Assembly: GCA_040326155.1 (NCBI GenBank)
Contig: JBEQLE010000036.1
Span: 1-42,656, forward strand
DNA length: 42,656 nucleotides
Reading direction: 5' to 3'
Source: Leptospirales bacterium
GTDB lineage: Bacteria > Spirochaetota > Leptospiria > Turneriellales > JAOUFE01
This document shows, piece after piece, positions 38,793 to 42,656 of this stretch (position 1 is its first letter; every line of letters begins with the position of its first letter). A program made the position numbers and the translations under genes. The notes under the pieces were generated by a model. That model saw only the letters and a list, made by a program, of their open reading frames with translations. It ran no database searches and was not told where the DNA came from.

Positions 38793-39258
38793 ATTTCAGG
38801 TCAAAATAAGAGTTAAGCACACAGTGGAAAGAACTATTTATATTACATTTCGGCTTTGCCTGGCTTTTAACTACCGAAAGAAAAAGAGATTATGTTAAAA
38901 GGGGCAAGTCTGCCCCTTGGTTCCGAACTTTTTTTTTGTACTCCGAAGGCTTTTTTGTGCCTTAAAAAAATTTCTACACCATCCCCGACGTATTATTCTA
39001 TCGAGATTCTATTTTCGAATATTCAATAGCCCGGTCGTGTACATCCAAATTTCCAATAGATTTCCAATTTCATATGGAAAATTAACTCAACACTTGATGA
39101 ACAAGTTAATTAGAATAAAATGCGATAAAGGAACAATTCCCTTTATTTATACAAAATATTGTATAAGAAAGTGAATAATATAAGTATCTTTTAACTATAT
39201 TGAATTAATAAGAACATATGTGCTAGAAAATAGAATAACTTAAAGGAAGGTAAAAAAA

Positions 39259-39495
39259 ATGGGACCGGAAAATTTTTGGGGAAGTGGAATGTGGCTATTC
39301 CCTATGATAATGATAATTATTATGTTAATATTTGTTTTCGGCCGAGGACGTTTCGGACCTCCCTGGATGCAAAGAGGTAGCAGACATCATAATGAAACCC
39401 CTGAACAAGAAACTCCCTTGGAGATACTAAAAAAACGGTATGCTAAAGGTGAAATCACAAAAGAAGAATTTGATAACATGAAAAAAGACCTTTAG
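39259..39495 (+). CDS. SHOCT domain membrane protein
   Basis: TM then PLEILKKRYAKGEITKEEF; RBS aggaagg. Confidence 0.85.
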   Translation: MGPENFWGSGMWLFPMIMIIIMLIFVFGRGRFGPPWMQRGSRHHNETPEQETPLEILKKRYAKGEITKEEFDNMKKDL

Positions 39496-39609
39496 ATTTA
39501 CGGTAATCGCCAATGCCCAGTTAACACTTTTAATAACACTCCCTGGCAGCTGGAGGTTGTCGCTACGGAACTCAACATCAACCGTCGGCACCTTGAATTC
39601 CGTTTACAG

Positions 39610-39830
39610 TTAATGATCTTTCAGGAATTCTACGATGGCTTCGTGCTGACGGCTTTCGGCAATTTGTAATGCGGTTTCGCTTTCGTTATTTTGCGTTTTT
39701 GTGTTGGCGCCTGCTTTTACCAGAGCCTGAATCGCTTCCATGTTGCCTTCGTAGGCTGCTAACATTATGGCTGTGTAACCTTCGGAATCTTTTATGACTA
39801 TTTATCTGCGCCATGTTGAAGCAGAGTAAA
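39610..39830 (-). pseudogene. Ankyrin-repeat gene remnant (5'-truncated, frameshifted)
   Basis: Hand translation: TLLQHGADK / frameshift near 39797-39802 / IKDSEGYTAIMLAAYEGNMEAIQALVKAGANTKTQNNESETALQIAESRQHEAIVEFLKDH*. Confidence 0.8.
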
Positions 39831-40007
39831 GTTACGTCACGTTACACGAGGTTACAGACCCCACAAAATACTTACTCTACAAACTCGCTATCTGAAGTAG
39901 TGATTGAACAGATACAATCAAAAATTTCATATCGTGCTAATGTAATGAAAAGTTCAGTGCTTATTCCTTGACAGTTAAATGAGGAATGTTCAAATGATTG
40001 ATGGGAC

Positions 40008-41279
40008 ATGAATGTAAATATGGGTTTTGAAGGTATCAATTTCCCTCCGATTTTTTACGCCGGTTTGTTATTATTACTGGCGTTTTTTGCCGGCCAAATT
40101 GCCTTCCGCGCGAGGATGCCCCGAATTACGGGGTATCTACTTGTAGGAGTTCTCTTTGGACCTTCCGCCCTGGGTGTGTTTCCTGAAAAAATCGTCAATG
40201 AACAATTTTCTTTTATCGTAGATTTAGGTCTTGGTTTTATAGCCTTCTCCATTGGCGGCTCGTTAAGATGGAAGGGTATCAGAAAACTTGGTAAGACGAT
40301 TCTAACGATTACATTTATGCAGGCAATTGGAGCATTCGTTGTCGTCCTTGCAGCAATATATTTACTTTTTCCTTTAATTACAGCACTGCCTTTTTTCAAC
40401 GGCGGCGAGGCAGCGCTCGGTAGTAAAGAGGTTCTTTCCATGGGAATTATTGTGGGCGCTATGTCTGCTGCGACCGCCCCCGGTGCGGTTCTGGCATTGG
40501 TTCATCAATACCGCTCTCATGGAAAATTTACAAACATTTTACTTGGAATTGTCGCTTTAGACGATGCATTTGCCATTGCAATGTTTGCCTTTGCCCTCCC
40601 GATTGCTATGGTTATTCTTAATGCGACCAATGCTGATTTTATTACAATTGCAAAGGAAGTGTATCTTGGCATCTCACTTTCCATAGTGCTTGGTTTGATT
40701 ATGGGGTATTTTTTTAAACATATTTCAAAATTTGCAAAATCCCGACAAGAAATTCTGGCTCTAATAACCGGTACAATACTTATGTTGTACGGCATCACAT
40801 TGTATTTTGAAGCCTCCGCAATTTTATCAAACATGGTTTTTGGGTTTACCGTAATAAACTACTCAGCAGGTAGAACCAGTTCCATATTTGATGCCGTTGA
40901 AGATATTGAGGAACCAGTTTTCAGTATGTTTTTTGCCATAGCGGGTGCACATATGGATTTATCGATTTTGATTTCCTCCGGAGTTTTAGGAATTATACTG
41001 GTAGCTTCCAGGTTTTTAGGCAAATTCGTCGGTACGATGATCGGTGGCGCTCTAGCGGGATTGGAACCCGAAAAGAGCAAATACCTGGGTTTAGGACTTC
41101 TGCCAAAAGCAGGGGTTACGGTAGCATTGCTTATTGAGGCGGGATATGCCATGGGAGACAACTACATCACTTCACTAATGGTGAACGCCGTACTCGCCTC
41201 TATAATAATCAATGAAATTATTGCGCCTTTTTTTGTAAAAATTGCTTTATTTAAATCAGGAGAGGTGGTAAATAAATGA
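40008..41279 (+). CDS. Cation:proton antiporter (Na+/H+ exchanger, CPA2-like)
   Basis: P.ITGYLLVG..FGP, AATAP, VALDDA, FFAIAGA, R..GK..G, LLPKAGV; about 12 TM. Confidence 0.88.
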   Translation: MNVNMGFEGINFPPIFYAGLLLLLAFFAGQIAFRARMPRITGYLLVGVLFGPSALGVFPEKIVNEQFSFIVDLGLGFIAFSIGGSLRWKGIRKLGKTILTITFMQAIGAFVVVLAAIYLLFPLITALPFFNGGEAALGSKEVLSMGIIVGAMSAATAPGAVLALVHQYRSHGKFTNILLGIVALDDAFAIAMFAFALPIAMVILNATNADFITIAKEVYLGISLSIVLGLIMGYFFKHISKFAKSRQEILALITGTILMLYGITLYFEASAILSNMVFGFTVINYSAGRTSSIFDAVEDIEEPVFSMFFAIAGAHMDLSILISSGVLGIILVASRFLGKFVGTMIGGALAGLEPEKSKYLGLGLLPKAGVTVALLIEAGYAMGDNYITSLMVNAVLASIIINEIIAPFFVKIALFKSGEVVNK

Positions 41280-41743
41280 TTAACTTTTCCAAAGAAAAGA
41301 TGGAAGCACCGGTTAAAGATTTGCTAAAATTTGATAAAAAAGGGAAGAAAAGTGATCTTCCTGTTGTAATGAAGGATGAACCACTTGAATCGGTGATTGA
41401 CATAGCGTTGAAATATCCCCGAAGAAAAGCTGTCTATGTAGTGAATGAAAATAAAGAATTAATCGGATTAATCACCATTACGGGTTTAATGCGGAATTTA
41501 TTTTCGTATGATCATAAACCGCAGGCACATTCACGAAGGATATTGGAAATGATTACTGCAGATGTTGCATCTGAGATAATGCACAAAGAAATATATTTCA
41601 AGAATCTAAATAGTACCATCGGAAATGTTTTATTTTATATGATTAAAGGGGGTATCTATGCTATTCCTATAGTAGATGAAAAGAACAGGATTTTGCATGA
41701 AGTATCTTTAAGAGATATTCTAAGGTTTCTACATAAATCATAA
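41276..41743 (+). CDS. CBS-pair domain protein
   Basis: VYVVNE..ELIGLITI, AIPIVDE...VSLRDIL; ATGA overlap with the antiporter. Confidence 0.85.
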   Translation: MINFSKEKMEAPVKDLLKFDKKGKKSDLPVVMKDEPLESVIDIALKYPRRKAVYVVNENKELIGLITITGLMRNLFSYDHKPQAHSRRILEMITADVASEIMHKEIYFKNLNSTIGNVLFYMIKGGIYAIPIVDEKNRILHEVSLRDILRFLHKS

Positions 41744-41798
41744 TAAACTTTCAAGTGAATTTTTTAAAAATCTATGAATGCTCTGGTTATATTATCGT

Positions 41799-41963
41799 TC
41801 AGATAACATCGGTAGCTTCACCGATAATCTCAATACTTCGAACAAAAGCCCTGGTTTTATTATTGTCAGACAGAAAATCTTCCCTCTTGAGATGTACTGA
41901 TTCGGACAATAGGTATTTACATTCGTCGAGAATGTGCTTTAAATAATTAAGCTGCGATTTCAA
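41799..41963 (-). pseudogene. Truncated HepT/DUF86 (HEPN) toxin
   Basis: Hand translation from TTG 41963: MKSQLNYLKHILDECKYL...TRAFVRSIEIIGEATDVI* (54 aa); lacks R-X4-6-H motif; overlaps the MNT gene end. Confidence 0.8.
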
Positions 41964-42255
41964 TGTATTCTACTTCCTTAAGGATGTCCGGACCAATGTA
42001 GGGAGAGAGAGATTCGATCGTCAATAAATCAATTTTTTTCGAGAAAAGATGTTCTAAGAACTCGAATAATTCATAAAAATTATCATAACTTTTATGGCCT
42101 TCTTCAAATTCAATCAAGATATCTATATCACTTTTGGGGTTATGGCTCCTTTTTACATATGAACCGAAAAGGCCAATTTTTTTTATCCCATAACTCTTAA
42201 TAGTACTGCTATTTTGCATTAATTTGGTAATTATATCTTCTTTCTGGAGCGGCAT
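41947..42255 (-). CDS. MNT-family minimal nucleotidyltransferase antitoxin
   Basis: GLFGSY......SDIDILIEF (GS-X10-DxD), KIDLLT, LSPYI. Confidence 0.88.
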   Translation of the reverse strand: MPLQKEDIITKLMQNSSTIKSYGIKKIGLFGSYVKRSHNPKSDIDILIEFEEGHKSYDNFYELFEFLEHLFSKKIDLLTIESLSPYIGPDILKEVEYIEIAA

Positions 42256-42404
42256 ATTTTATTATATGATTTAATGAATGGGACGTCAACTTTTATAAGT
42301 TAATTCCAATTCGATCAAACTAAACTCAGGTAGTCTCAAAATGTGGTCGAGCGATAGCGAAACCCGAGTGGCCGAACAGGCGCGTCTGAGCAGATCAAAA
42401 TTTG

Positions 42405-42656
42405 TTATCTGATGAAAGCGTCTGTGATGTTCATAACAACTAAAATCATAATACCAATTAAAGGCATCGGATAAATCTTCTTCTGCCTCAGGTCGGACAA
42501 CAATTTTGTACTTCGCTTAGTGCCAGTTATTCTTTGGTAAACATCTGCCCAAGGAGAACCTAATTCAGGATTCTGATGGAAAGCCTCAAGTCTTTCATCA
42601 ATGATTTTTTTCTCTTGTTCAGATAATTCAACATTTTCGGTTTTGTCTGATATCGT
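42405..42656 (-). CDS. Addiction-module antitoxin (TIGR02574-like), partial at window edge, with read-through C-terminus
   Basis: ..ELSEQEKKIIDERLEAFHQNPELGSPWADVYQRI; expected stop at 42513-42515 reads CGA, so the frame runs to TAA at 42405. Confidence 0.7.
   Translation of the reverse strand, partial: TISDKTENVELSEQEKKIIDERLEAFHQNPELGSPWADVYQRITGTKRSTKLLSDLRQKKIYPMPLIGIMILVVMNITDAFIR
42451..42516 (-). pseudogene. RelE/ParE-family toxin 5' remnant without start codon
   Basis: (GCG)KYKIVVRPEAEEDLSDAFNWY, after which similarity is lost. Confidence 0.7.

Noticed and set aside
38917..39174. 85-aa ORF between infA and the SHOCT gene
   Set aside because: TTG start inside a hairpin/repeat, low-complexity, no motif
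850..41161. Numerous short ORFs nested in or antisense to long genes
   Set aside because: They overlap well-supported CDSs and show no independent motifs or RBS
41755..41946. 63-aa plus-strand ORF
   Set aside because: Antisense shadow of the HEPN pseudogene
41750..42656. Integron cassette array around the toxin-antitoxin loci
   Set aside because: No convincing attC (RYYYAAC..GTTRRRY) pair or integrase seen; cannot exclude beyond the window edge

Overview
AT-rich bacterial chromosomal window. The gene repertoire (many lipoproteins and TPR proteins, degenerate HD-GYP, SpoIIE phosphatase, FliG-like fusion) suggests a Spirochaetota/Leptospirales-like host; this is inference only. Bases 288-6210 carry a dissimilatory sulfur operon, dsrC-dsrT-dsrMKJOP. 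DsrC looks like the sulfur-oxidiser type, while dsrT and the long DsrM/DsrK look like the reducer/Chlorobi type. No dsrAB, dsrD, dsrL or dsrEFH lies in the window. About 8.5 kb downstream is a TrpD-like (YbiB/DsrS-type) gene paired with a uroporphyrinogen-III methyltransferase. The most unusual gene is 9280-12321 (-): a 1013-aa protein with no signal peptide, an intact alpha-2-macroglobulin thioester motif (PWGCSEQT) and an N-terminus resembling the FliG C-terminal domain; it follows a 16-repeat TPR gene. The middle holds secreted/membrane proteins, plsC, degenerate signalling proteins, kdsC, gltA and infA. There are several structured intergenic repeats, notably 24071-24410. The right end has a SHOCT gene, an ankyrin pseudogene, a CPA2 antiporter-CBS pair and two toxin-antitoxin loci whose toxins are both disabled. 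No rRNA, tRNA, CRISPR array or transposase was recognised. All family assignments are from motif recognition by eye, not database searches.
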